A DNA stretch of 64,000 bases from Podarcis filfolensis (taxonomy: Eukaryota): the NCBI GenBank assembly GCA_964270895.1, contig OZ185442.1, one strand, 5' to 3'. Of this stretch, positions 22,204 to 34,351 are shown piece by piece. The position numbers and the translations under genes are program-made. Within the stretch, counting starts at the first letter, position 1; each line of letters begins with the position of its first letter. The notes below the pieces were generated by a model, which saw only the letters and a list, made by a program, of their open reading frames with translations, was not told the DNA's origin and did no database searches.

Positions 22204-22250
22204 GAATAGGATGTCCCTATTTTCATTGGAGAAAATGTTGGAGGGTTTGC
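21546..22250 (+). mobile_element. Composite MITE carrying an L2 3' fragment, itself interrupted by an antisense L2
   Basis: Inverted ends gcagaccctcca/tggagggtttgc (11/12 match) and an internal direct unit ggatgtccctattttca flanking L2 3' end + (AAT)n. A second copy with the same junctions lies at about 57595-57871. Confidence 0.65.
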
Positions 22251-22639
22251 GGCCCCTGAAAGCTTGCCCACGAGGAAATGTGGCCCTCAGGCTGAGGAAA
22301 GTTCACCCCAGTGTCTGAACTAAGAGCTTCATGGTTATGAAACACAGGCTTGGGTGAGTGTGAGGTCATCAAGTAAGAAGAGCACTTGAGGAACAATTGG
22401 GCTTTTCATTAGATCCTTCAAGAAGCAGGCTGGGCACAATCCATTGGCTTCCTGGAACATGCGTGAGATAACCATCTATATGACACACTTCCATGGCGAT
22501 TCATTGCTTACAGCAGAATTTGGCTGGGCCATCTGCATACCAGCCCTCAGAGGACACATGCTGGGGCTGCTGAAGGTCACATTAACCTGCTGACCTCTTT
22601 TAACCAGGCTGCCTGTTGGCCCTTCCTGCCGCTCTAGAG

Positions 22640-23033
22640 CAGGGGTCAGCAACCTTTTTCAGCTGTGGGCCAGTCCACCATCCATCAGACCAGGCATGGC
22701 CAAACTCAGCCCTCCAGTTGTTTTGGGACTACGACTCCCATCATCCCTAGCTAACAGGATCAGTGGTCAGGGATGATGGGAATTGTAGTCCCCAAACATC
22801 TGGAGGGCCGAGTTTGGCCATGCCTTCCTCAGACCATGTGGTGGGCCGGACTATATTTTGAAGAATAATAGGAACCAATTCCTATGCCCCACAAATAACC
22901 CAGAGATGCATTTTAAATAAAAGCACACATTCTACTCATGTACAAACACACTGATTCCCAGACCGTCCACAGGCCGGATTGAGAAGGCGATTGGGCCGCA
23001 TCCGGCCCCTGGGCCTTAGGTTGCCTACCCCTG
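22640..23033. mobile_element. hAT (Charlie-type) non-autonomous element with nested MITE
   Basis: TIR caggggtcagcaacc/ggttgcctacccctg and a perfect 8-bp TSD ctctagag (22632-22639, 23034-23041). The inner MITE at 22691-22826 has TSD catcagac/cctcagac. Confidence 0.92.
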
Positions 23034-24949
23034 CTCTAGAGACACCACTGGCAGCCCTCTACTGATGATGGCTTGATATTGCATGACGCACCCCCAGTAG
23101 GATGAGTGAAGTCTGCCAGCTGTTGTGGAAGAAGCCCTCCAGGGGCAGACCAGGATCTTTCCAGATGACAAATGCTGCACTTTTCTCTCTGCGCGACATT
23201 TGTGCCCGTGGGAGTAGAGCGAGCAATATCCTGTCCTCTGTTTATAACGGAGGGGAGGGGAATCAAAGAAGATCGGAGTGCAAGGTTGCCAACTTCTTTT
23301 CTGGCAGGACTCCAGTGCCTTAACAACAACAGCAGCAACAACACCCCCCCACCCCCCCCTGCCAGATAAGAAATAAAAATAAGGTGGGGCATGATGGGGA
23401 AAGATCCGTCAGTTACAACTCCGCAGAGGCACCCTTGTGTGGAGAACGCTGGCAACCTGGTGGTGCTGCGGAGAACACACCACTTTTTCTTTTTCTTTTA
23501 AAGCGTTATCATAGGAATGTAAAAAGAGGGCCCTCAAAATGGGAGAGTGGTTATGTGCATCTCAGGCAGGGAGGCAGTTTTGCTGGTGTTTGCTACTTTC
23601 TAAAAAGAGCTACACGAGCGCTCCTTTCACTTAAGTAACACACAGCAACGGCACTTGCCAAAAGCACACAGCAAGTGTTGGAAACTTATTTGCCACAGCT
23701 ATGTGCTGCGTCTGCTGGTCACGTGAAAAAGTCCTGCCTGTGCATTTGCCCATGCGGTACCTAACAGCAAGTGGTCGAATAAATCAATGGCATTTTATTA
23801 ATGCAATGCTATAATAATAAATGCGTATTATTTTTTGTAACTTGCATAGGTTGTGTAGAGCTAATTCTGCATCCTATAAGCTTGCAGAATGGGTCTGTCT
23901 CAGTTGCGGTGCTTGTGTTTTCTTTCTAGGCAGTCAAAGCCAGCTGGTGGAAGGAAGCTGACTTGCTAAGATTTAGGATTATATCATGCCTCGTAGCATC
24001 TCAAACACATGGCTGCAGAGTGGGCAACTTGCGCAACTGGTCTGTGTAGCTGTGCCTTCAAGCTGCAGCTTTTGTGGTCTGCATTTTTAAAACAGTGGAG
24101 TAAAGCTGCTGTTCACAAATTTCCATTGGCTTTTGGTGCTGCTTCGCTTTTGTGCGTTTTTATTATTGTGTGTTTTTGGTTTTTATTTGTTTAATTTGTT
24201 TGCCCGCCTGAGAACTCTTGGGAGTTGAAAGGGTAGGATGTGAACTTCAACAACAAAATAGTCAGCTTTCTATATTCCTGACTCAGACCATTGGTCCATC
24301 TAACTCAGTATTGTCAACACTGACTGGCAGCTGCTCTCCAGGATTTCAGATCAGGAGTCCTTCCTCCCCAGCCCTACACAAAGCTGCTTTGGCTTGAGCC
24401 TTCTGCATGCAAAGCAGATGCTCTGCTACTCAGCTACAGGACTTCCTCGCATAACAAAAGGAAACATAAGAGGAACAATAGACAAGCCTCCTCGTTTCCA
24501 TACCTTACTGTAACTCAACTTGTCTAAGCTGATGTAATGGAAATAATCGCCTATTGCTTTTCTGTTTACTCTTTTCCCCTGTTTGCTCTTTGTGCAATGT
24601 TAGATGGTAGGCTCCTTGGGGCAGGGAGCTGCCCTCTTCTAACCTTGAAGGCACAATGCACCCTGCTGGCACAAGGTTAAGAAGACTGGCAACAAAAATA
24701 AATAATGATTATGTACCACGAATTAGCAAGTGATATCGCTTGTTATCTCTGGGTTGTGGAATGTTCTTGCTTATTTCTGTACTTCAAGCTGCTGCTAAAT
24801 GACAAAGGAAAAGGCCAGGCTGCTGTTTTTCTGGACAGTTGGGAACCTCATGTGCTGACCAGTGTGTACATACATAATAGAATCATAGAATTATAGAGTT
24901 CTATGGAAGGGACTCAAGGTTCATTTAACCTGAAGTGAAAGTAAATAAT

Positions 24950-24980
<31 letters not shown>

Positions 24981-25049
24981 AGAACAACAATAATAACAGG
25001 AGCCTGCAAGCAGGACCTCAGCAGAACAACACTCTCCCCATCAACTGTA

Positions 25050-25291
25050 CAGTGGTACCTCGGGTTAAGTACTTAATTCGTTCCGGATGTCTGTTCTTAA
25101 CCTGAAACTGTTCTTAACCTGAAGCACCACTTTAGCTAATGGGGCCTCCTGCTGTTGCCGCGCCGCCGGAACATGATTTCTGTTCTCATCCTGAAGCAAA
25201 GTTCTTAACCCGAGGTACTATTTCTGGGTTAGTGGAGTCTGTAACCTGAAGCGCATGTAACCTGAAGCGTATGTAACCCAAGGTACCACTG
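25050..25291 (+). mobile_element. Tc1/mariner-type MITE, 242 bp
   Basis: TIR cagtggtacct...aggtaccactg flanked by TA on both sides. Confidence 0.92.
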
Positions 25292-26366
25292 TATTCTTAA
25301 GGGTACTGCCTCTGGCAGTGAGGAACACAACTATCAATGCTAGTATCTTCCACGACACCCATTTGGGACGATGTTTTACCAAAACTATCTCACACTCCCT
25401 GCCACAGCACCACACATTTTTGTGTGTGCGGGGAGGTGGTGGTGGGAAAGGCTGCCATTCCCTGCAAGTTATATACCAGCAGCAAAGAGGAGCACTACTT
25501 TTAGCAGACAATTTAAAAGATAGTAAGGATAAAAATGACGATGCTCTTTAAACAACGCAAGCATGTGGCTAATGTAACACTCATGAGAAGCAGAGATATT
25601 CACTGATTTCACACACACAGTCATTTCCCGCCCCCCAGCCGGTGAGATACCCGCCCACCCATCTGGTTTCAAAAGCAGCAGTGCCACAGCGGAGAACCTG
25701 TGAAATATCGCTGAAGTGGAAAAAGAAATGCTGAAACAGGAAGGGTTTGGTGTAGCAAGCAAATCTCTTTCACTCACTGTGTTGTGTATGTGTAACATAG
25801 GAACCTGTCTTATAGATCAAGTAAAACTGTTTGTTCGTCTGGTATTATCCACTCTGACTGGAGTCTCCAGCATGTGTCCTTCACCTGCAACCAGCTATTG
25901 CACCTGAGGTCTTCTGCATGCAGTGCTTGTGTGCTGCCACTGAACGTGTGCACCCCTTCCCCCAAAATAAAGCACTTCTCATCTGGTGTAACTTAGGGAT
26001 AGACGAGGCTCAATTTCTCATTTTCCTAGTCTTAAATTCAGTTTGTCACAATTCCATAGTGATTTGTGAAAACTCTCCCCCTCCCAAATCCTCAGGAAAA
26101 TTTGTCAGCGGATTTCTCCTAATAAACACATTTTTTGTATGCAGTTTTGATTAATATACAGAAGCAACTTCTCCTAAAATAATGCATTTTTCATATGTAG
26201 TTTCCCCTAATCTGTGTATTCTGCCTGCAAACTTTCCCCTGATGTATGATTTCTGTTCACATGATTTGGTGGGAAAACTGCATTGCAAAATTTGGAGACG
26301 TACGGAATTTGAAGGATGCATTTCGGGTTGTGTAACGGTTTGAGAAGTGTAAATTACTTCTCACAC

Positions 26367-26707
26367 GGGTGTGGCACTGTGGTCTAAACCACAGAGCCTA
26401 GGGCTTTCCGATCAGAAGGTCAGCAGTTCGAATCCCCGTGAAGGGGTGAGCTCCCGTTGTCAAGTCCCAGCTCCTGTTCGAAAGCACATCAAAGTCAAGT
26501 AGATAAATAGGTACTGCTCCGGCGGGAAGGTAAACGGTGTTTCCGTGCACTGCTCTGTTTCGCCAGAAGCAGCTTAGTCATGCTGGCCACATGACCTGGA
26601 AGCTCTCTGTGGACAAACACCGGCTCCCTTGGCCTATAGAGCGAGATGAGCGCACAACCCCAGAGTTGTCTGCAACTGGACCTAACGCTCAGGGGTACCT
26701 TTACCTT
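26367..26707 (+). mobile_element. Sauria SINE
   Basis: tRNA-like head (ggtctaaaccacagagcc...ttcgaatcccc), body gtagataaataggtac...agcgagatgagcgc, and (ACCTTT)n tail. Confidence 0.9.
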
Positions 26708-28144
26708 TTTAAAAACCCCTTTACTTGGCCTTTGCATACCCGCCTGCTACTTGGTTTTTGTAGCAGGAGATGCCAGGGCTGGAACCTGAGATGCTGTCTC
26801 TCCCCAAAGGGTGTTGTGCTATGTCAGAGATGCTAGGGGGAAGCCCCCATTGTGGAGGAGAAAAAGGGTTCAGCACCTTCAGTGTTTATTGCACAACAGG
26901 GGATTTTACCAATGCTGCTGAAATCTGTTCTTCTGTAAAAGGGTCAAATGTGCAGGAGTCGTGTTCAGTGTTGCATTGGGTCAGAGCTGTGGCTCTGCTT
27001 CAGTTCCATGGAAGTGCAGAAGAGAGTATTGGGTACCGCTTTTGGAGAATCTAAGGCAGAGGTGGGCAACCTGTGACCTTTAATTATAGTCCATCTGTTA
27101 TGTTCTGAAGTTCTCACCCTGGGCCAGCAGGGGGATACTGTAGATAGTTATGCAAATAAGGGATCGAAAGTGACGTTCAGTGATTGGATAGTTTTAGAAA
27201 ATTGTTACAGTTACGTTGTATTGGAGCTCTATATAAGTAGGCTGGCTGAACCCTTCAGTCCAGTTCTGTTCTGGCCTGTGAATAAACAAGAGCTGTTTGA
27301 AGAATCGCTGTGTCGTCTGATATGTTCACCCACAACTAAACACCATCAACATCTGGAGGGCCAACGGTTCCCCACCTTTTCCTTCAGATTTTGAGTTTTA
27401 AAAGGAAAGGCTCCAGATCTCATAGGTTGCAAATATATGCTGGAATGTATATGGGTAACATACATTTTTCCCTACCAGCCAGTCTGACCTGGTACAAGGC
27501 AGCTTCCTCTGTTCCCAGAATTCTTCTGGTGTGTATTTGTGCTCTGTCCTGCGACCTAGCATTCTAAGGCTAAAATAACAAAAGCATAACTCCGTCCTGC
27601 TTTTTAAATTAAATATAAATATTTGAATTCTGCAGTAGGCAATACATTTACAACTCCCCCTCGTCTTACGCAATGCACTCAAACAGGCGTGACCGTTGTG
27701 TGCTAGTGTGAAATCCCAGTCTAATAATAATAAAAATGCAAAAACAAGCAAAACAGGGGGAAATACCCCCCCAAACCTAAACCACTCCCAAGCGATTCTG
27801 GAAAGATCGAAACAAAAATGTCAGAACCATCAATAGCAGAGAAATACACTTAAGGCAAAAAGTAATAACAAGGAATAACTTATTAAAAAGAAAAGAAAAG
27901 AGAAAGAATCCCACAAATGAAATCAACAGATCCCATTGGCTTTTGGCTTCCTATATCCTCCCACATCCCATCCTTGGCTTTTTTAATAATTGGATTTTAA
28001 TCCTCAGCATCAACCTGTCATTTTAAATGTGCCTAAAAAGAGTCCTGGCAAGTCTTAAAATGGAATAAACGTTGAGCACTATCGCCACCTCCCTGTCGGT
28101 CCGGTGCAGTGCAGGTGCCATCTTGTTCGAAGTGCAGTGCCTGG

Positions 28145-28150
28145 TTTATT
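28145..28150 (-). terminator. Candidate KIRREL2 polyadenylation signal AATAAA
   Basis: AATAAA on the minus strand about 750 nt downstream of the stop codon. The downstream U/GU element is weak. Confidence 0.35.
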
Positions 28151-28894
28151 TGCTTGTCTTTAATTAAAGGGGATGGGCGGGAGTCTAGAAGACACCCCAG
28201 CTAAAGAGGTGGACAGGGGGAATGATTTAAACCACAGCATCAAGCCAGGAAAAAATTAAAAGGCAAGCACTAGGGAGGGGCCCATGCTTGGAGATTTCCC
28301 AGAATCATGCGGCTGGTGGAGAATCTTGCCTTGATGGCAGGGGATTTGCCCTTGAGGCAGCTCTGTTTCAGGGTGAGGAGAGAGAACAAGCATCACATAG
28401 TCCCGTCACTGTCCTGGCACCGTTTTCAGCACCCACTAGCTTCTTACGCCATTGCTTTTGTCTGACAGACAACCGTGCCCGCCATTTTGAATCCGGATTC
28501 TTACAAGCCAAGACAGATTCCCCAGAAAGTCTGTCCTCTGTTTCAGCCAAGGCAGTGCGCTTTCCACCATTTTCAAACCCACTCTTCACGTCCTGGCGCG
28601 AAGGCAGGCAGGTTGTTGGTTTCCTTGCTGCCCGAGGGAGATGGGCTTGGTCCCTGTCAGAAGATGGCGAGAGGGCTGTCGGCCATCTTGGCTGCCAAGC
28701 CAGCTACCTGCCGCCGTCCCCACCCCACCCCACCGATATACACACAAGGAGAATTGGGCACCCTCAGGAGGAAAACGAGGGTCGCAAGTCTATCACCCTG
28801 GCAGTTCTGAGTCCGTTAGCCACAAGTGAGCAGAGCCCGTTCCCTTTTCTCTTTCTCCGGAGGTGACCGGCATTTGGCAGGGGACGGGCACGAG

Positions 28895-29338
28895 TCATAC
28901 GTGGGTCTGCATGCGCTGGTGAGCGGGGCGCCCATAGTCAGACTGTTGGGACAAGGACGTGTAGGAGAAGCGAGAGCAACCCGAGACTTTGCTGGCCTGG
29001 TCCGACTGCCCGTAGCCGCTCTCCGCTTTCTCGTAGCTGCTTGGTTTGACATAGCTGGTGAAGGCCCGGCTATAGGGGGCGGTGAGGTAGGCCGTCCCAC
29101 TGTAGATGTTCTCCTGGGGGAAAAGACGCTCATGGGGGTCGTAGGCTGAGCGGGAGCCGGGCGTGCCCAGGGTATAGCGGTGAGCATATTCGTACAGCTT
29201 GGGCTGAACTGGCCCCGTGGAAGGGTACAGAGAGGTCGCCCCGAACAATGGGCGGGGGGCCGGCGTGTACTCCGAGAAGCTGCTAACCAAACTTGGTTCC
29301 TCATGGGCGCGCACCTTGTAGTAGCCATTGGTGGGATC
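28895..29338 (-). CDS. KIRREL2: KIRREL2 last coding exon (cytoplasmic tail, PDZ-binding THV), 444 nt incl. TGA
   Basis: ttccatAG|GAT CCC. Encodes DPTNGYYKVR...RAFTSYVKP...QRMQTHV*. DPTNGYY and QTHV are KIRREL-family motifs; RAFTSY(I/V)KP is KIRREL2-type. Confidence 0.95.
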   Translation of the reverse strand, partial: DPTNGYYKVRAHEEPSLVSSFSEYTPAPRPLFGATSLYPSTGPVQPKLYEYAHRYTLGTPGSRSAYDPHERLFPQENIYSGTAYLTAPYSRAFTSYVKPSSYEKAESGYGQSDQASKVSGCSRFSYTSLSQQSDYGRPAHQRMQTHV

Positions 29339-29416
29339 CTATGGAAGAAAAAATATATATCTGTATTGGAATGCCAGGGAAGCAAATGTCAGGCTGTGCC
29401 CCAAAGAATCTGAATA

Positions 29417-29658
29417 CAGTGGTACCTCGGGTTAAGTACTTAATTCGTTCCAGAGGTCCGTACTTAACCTGAAACTGTTCTTAACCTGAAGCACCGCTTT
29501 AGCTAATGGGGCCTCCTGCTGCTGCCGCGCTGCCGGAGCACAATTTCTGTTCTCAACCTGAAGCAAAGTTCTTAACCTGAAGCACTATTTCTGGGTTAGT
29601 GGAGTATGTAACCTGAAGTGTATGTAACCTGAAGCGTATGTAACCTGAGGTACCACTG
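29417..29658 (+). mobile_element. Tc1/mariner-type MITE, 242 bp
   Basis: Same TIRs and TA TSD as 25050-25291. It sits 79 nt upstream of the KIRREL2 last-exon acceptor. Confidence 0.92.
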
Positions 29659-30120
29659 TATATGGGAAAGAATTGTGTACAGCTGAAAACGCTGGCAGCA
29701 TTAAAATAAATTCAACAGTGTAAATAAGTTTTGATGGATGCAATAATGGAATACTGAATGGTATTGCTTTTGTAAAATGTGCAGGGATTTATGATATGTA
29801 AAATGAACCATGGAAAGAGAAGAAGGGAAGTCATTAATATCTTAAGGATGTAAAATGAGTATTTTCAATGGTAAAACAGAAAAGGTAATAAAAATCATAC
29901 GCAAAGAATCTGAGAGAGAATTGACAGTGTGGTGTAGTGGTTGGAACTCAGGAGACCCAGGTTGAAACCACCACTGGCCACTTCCAAGCAGAGTTAGACC
30001 CCTTTTAACAGCCATGGTTCCCCCCAAAGAATCCTGGGAACTGCGGTTTGTTAAGGGTGTCAAGAGTTGTTTGGAGATTCTTCAGAGAGCTAAAAATTCC
30101 CAGAGTGGCTTAAAAATTCC

Positions 30121-30256
30121 CAGAGCTGCAGAAGCCAGGCTGGACGTTCAGCTTCCAAAAATTGTTTGAAAACTGGAAAACTCACTTCTGGATTTCGATC
30201 GTTCGGGAGCCGATTTGTTTGGGAGCCAAGGCGTTTGAGATCCAAGGTACGACTGT
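30121..30256 (+). mobile_element. Right half of a related Tc1/mariner MITE
   Basis: Ends ccaaggtacgactg|ta, a variant of the TIR above. Left end not found. Confidence 0.55.
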
Positions 30257-31228
30257 ATACCACCAATTTAGGATTACTGTCAAATTGTCAAATGACTGTT
30301 TTTAAAACTGGGTTTTGCCACCAAATTTTAACTATGTTTTTTAAATCATTGGTGCAGTCCTGCCATTTATCCTTTGTTGTACATTGCCCAGGGGTTCTTT
30401 GGGGGGAAGGGCCATTTACAATTACGACAAATAATCATAATAATCATTGATGTGATTTTGTTGCTTAAGCATAGTACCCAAGAGAGCTACTGGTCTGTCC
30501 CTTTCTACAGCTGGGGAGCTAAATTTCAACTACTGGGACCTGTCTTTAACTGAGCTGCCTTATGTATTTACAAAAAAGAAGAGGGCCTTTTCTGCAGTGG
30601 CACCCACACTCTGGAATGCCCTCTCCAAATAGGCACATTTGGTGCCCGTATTACAATCTTGTCAAGTCCTGTGCATTTTAGGTGGAATTTTGCCTTACTT
30701 CGTTTCTCACTTCTTTTAAAAATGGTTTTAGCCTGCCGCCGCTTGGCTGAATATAACAATATTTTATTTGTTTATTTAAGAATCTATTGTTTATTTGTTG
30801 GTTTTTATGTTGTATTTATGTTTTGAAATCTTTGGTGGTGGTGACGAAGTATTTTAAATGATTAAACATTTTTTGAAAAGGAGGAGGAGATGGCTGTTAT
30901 TCCCATGCCCTTATCGGAGGAGACAGATAACTAGAAAATGGGACAGGCTTTTGGTATGGATTAGGAAGGCACTTTTAAATGTTCGTGTGACTCTTTGGTC
31001 TTTGAGAGGTTCAGAAAGGTATACTTAGGGCAGCGGTGGTGAACCTGTGGCCCTCCAGATGTTTGGACTCCAGATGTTATCAGCCCCTTCCAGCCTGGCC
31101 AACAGTCAGGGATGATGATGGGAGATGGAGCCAAGAACATCTGGAAGCCACTGGCTGGCCAACCCTGACGTAGGGCTCTTGTACGGTAGGCAGAGCGGTC
31201 AGCCTCCCAAAGCCCCAGCTGAGCTCAC

Positions 31229-31312
31229 CTTCAGCTCTTGGCTCCCTTCGTCATCCTCCAGGATCTCACTGTGCTCAGTGTGGGATGTAGCTGGAGACTC
31301 ACTGCTTGTGGC
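31229..31312 (-). CDS. KIRREL2: KIRREL2 cytoplasmic exon, 84 nt, phase 0 to 0
   Basis: ccccAG|GCC...AAG|GTGAG. Encodes ATSSESPATSHTEHSEILEDDEGSQELK, resembling human KIRREL2 HTDHSDLVLEE...ETK as recalled. Confidence 0.9.
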
Positions 31313-33150
31313 CTGGGGGGAGATGAAGGGGGAAAGATGAGCAGCCTATAGAAAATGCCCTCCTTGTCCTGGCTTGAGTTCTTTAGGTCCCCTAGGACCA
31401 GGCAAGGCAAGACAGTGGAGATCCATAACAGCATCTCCTCTTGTCTTCTCTTTATTATCATTCAGGCTGTGAGGGCTATTCCTTATGTAAATACCACCAC
31501 CTGCGTGTGAGAGGGGCATAATCTGTAGGCTCACGGAAACAATGAGGTTTGCAGAAGTACATTTTTTTGAGCTCAAGGGAAGACCTCCACCTCTGGCAAA
31601 CAGCCCAAACCCTCCTGTCCTATTAGTGACCAGTCTAAGGGAGGTGGGGCTGGGGGAAGACAAATTATTACTGAGTTTTGAATGGTATGGAAAGGGTGGA
31701 GAGAGATCTTCTCTCTCATCCTACTAGAACTTGGGCATGGGTGCCTGATGAAATTGATCAAGGGCACAATGGATGGTTTAAACCAGTGTTTCTCAGTTGT
31801 TTTTGGACTACAGTTCCCCTCATCCCTGACCATCCTGCTAGCTAGGGATCATGGGAGCTGTAGTCAGTCCAGCAACAGCTGGAGACCCAAGGTTGGCAAT
31901 CACTGGTTTAGACTGCTGAAATTAATAGACACGGCACATTTATTTATTTAAGTCATTGTTTGCGTTTCTAAGTGCTGTGTGCTTAAAAACAATCCATAGA
32001 AAATGGGACAACAAAACATTAAAGTTTGCCATAAAGCCGATCCCTACTCCAACATGCCTGCTGAAACAAGGAAGTCTTTTGTCATGTGTGTGAAGTGCAA
32101 GAAAGGTGCCCGTGGGAGTTATAAATATTATGAGCATTATTATATAATGGACTTGGGCCCTCAACACTGAATTCAGGGCTTCTAGTAGTTAAGTTATGGG
32201 GGACCCCAACAGAGACTCCCCGAAGGATCTCAGTGGTCAGGCCAGGATATAAAGGATCAGTCCTTAAGATAGCCTTGACCCAAGTTGTTAAGGGCCTTGC
32301 AAATTAATACAGGAACCCTGAACTTGTCCCAGTAACACATGGGCAGCCAGTATAAGCTTGAAGCATGTGCTGGTGGTAGGTAGTCTGTCCCTATCAATGG
32401 TCTAGTTGCTGCATTTTGCACCAGCTGGAGGTTCCAGACCAGACACAAGGGTAGCCCCACAAAGAGCGCATTGCAGTGCTCAAGTCTTGGTTAATTATCA
32501 GTATGCAAGGATGGCTGCTAGCTTAGATGGCCTTTTAGAAGAGTTAGGCAAAAACTCGTGGAGGGTAGAACAAATTGGTACCATGAGAGGAGCAATGTAG
32601 CCTCCATGTTCAGAGGCCATGTCGCAGCCTATGTATACCTGGGTGCCAGTTCTTGGTGGTCAGCGAAACCTTCTAACAACCCAGTGAGGACTGAGCATTA
32701 AAAAAGAGGGCCCAGACTTCGCTAACTAATGGAGTGGGGAGAAAAATGGAAAACCAGGTAGGAGGGGGAATGGGATATATTGGGAAAGTGTATGGGCTGG
32801 CTGGCTGGCAGGCCAGACACCCTGAAGAGCACAGAATCGTAGACTTGTAGAACTAGAGGGGACCACAAGGGTCATCTAGTCCAGCCCCCTATGATGTAGG
32901 AATCTTTTGCCCACCTTGGTGCTCGAACCCATGGCCCTGAGATTAAGAGTCTCATGCTCTAATGACTAAGCTATCCCAGCACTCCACCCTGCAACATTTT
33001 GTTGTATGCCCCACTTGCACTTTTGAATACCAAATATGGGAGGCTTGTGGGTTTTCCGGAAACATCTGCTTGCCCACAAGTGGGAAAAGAATGCTGGACT
33101 CTGGAAGGGCTCTACTTGTATTCTTAGCAGGCTGTGTGCTTTGTGCATTG

Positions 33151-33176
33151 CAGTAGTAGTAGTAGTAGTAGTAGTA

Positions 33177-33228
<52 letters not shown>
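33151..33228 (+). repeat. Compound (AGT)n(AAT)n microsatellite, L2 tail
   Basis: Read directly from the sequence. Confidence 0.95.
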
Positions 33229-33229
<1 letters not shown>

Positions 33230-34241
33230 TTATTTATACCCTGCCCAACTGGCTGGGTTTCCCCAGCCACTCTGGGCGGCTCCCAACCGAATGTTAAAAA
33301 CACATTACAGCATTAAACATTAAAAACTTCCCTAAACAGGGCTGCCTTCAGATGTCTTTTAAAAGTCAGATAGTTGTTTATTTCCTTGACATCTGATGGG
33401 AGGGCATTCCACAGGGTGGGCACCACTACTGAGAAGGCCCTCTGTCTGGTTCCCTGTAACCTCACTTCTCACAGTTAGGGAACCACCAGAAGGCCCTTGG
33501 CACTAGACCTCTGTGTCCGGGCTGAATGATGGGGGTGGAGACGCTCCTTCAGGTATACTGGGCCAAGGCCAGTTAGGGCTTTAAAGGTCGGCACCAACAC
33601 TTTGAATTGTGCTCAGAAACATACTGGGAACCAATGTAGGTCTTTCAGGACCGGCATTATATGGTCTCAGCGGCCACTCCCAGTCACCAGTCTAGCTGCC
33701 GCATTCTGGATTAATTGTAGTTTCCAGGTCACCTTCAAAGGTAGCCCCATGCAGAGTGCATTGCAGTAGTCCAAGCGGGAGATAACCAGAGCATGCACTA
33801 CTCTGGCGAACTGACCTGCGCCTCCATGGAAAGCTGTGAGTCAGGGGCACAGTTATCTCATTCAGGACCAGGGAGTCCCCCACTTCTACCCCCCCCAAAC
33901 AGTACTTCTGTCTTGTCAGGATTCAACCTCAATGATAACTTCCATCATCTCTGGCCCTAACTGGCTGTGTTGGGTGGGGCTGAGGAGTTGCACAGTCCCA
34001 TTCGGAGAGACCCATTGCAATAAATGAACATGACTAGCTTTGGTCCATGAATTTAAATGGGTCTACTCTGATTAGAAGTTAGTTGGCAACAACCCTTGGA
34101 GTCCCAGAACATCTGGAGGGTGATGGGCTCCACACCTCTGTTTCATAGGCTAGCAAGAGAGGACCTCCAGAGAGTGCTTTCATGTATATTAAGTACCTTT
34201 TGAGTCATTGGGCAGCGCACCAGGACACCGGCTCTACTCAC

Positions 34242-34351
34242 CATGGGCTCCTTGGCATCGTCTTCGGTCTCGCTTGGCCGGCTGGGGCTGCTCTCGCTCG
34301 TCGTGATCTGTACCAGGATGTCTGCCTTGGAGAGCTGTGTTCCCCGCTTGG
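34242..34351 (-). CDS. KIRREL2: KIRREL2 juxtamembrane cytoplasmic exon, 110 nt, phase 1 to 0
   Basis: tgcAG|CC AAG...ATG|GTGAG. Encodes (A)KRGTQLSKADILVQITTSESSPSRPSETEDDAKEPM. Confidence 0.9.

Noticed and set aside
28816-29385. 189-aa alternative minus-strand ORF and plus-strand ORFs over the KIRREL2 last exon
   Set aside because: Shadow frames of a GC-rich coding exon. The conserved motifs lie only in the QTHV frame.
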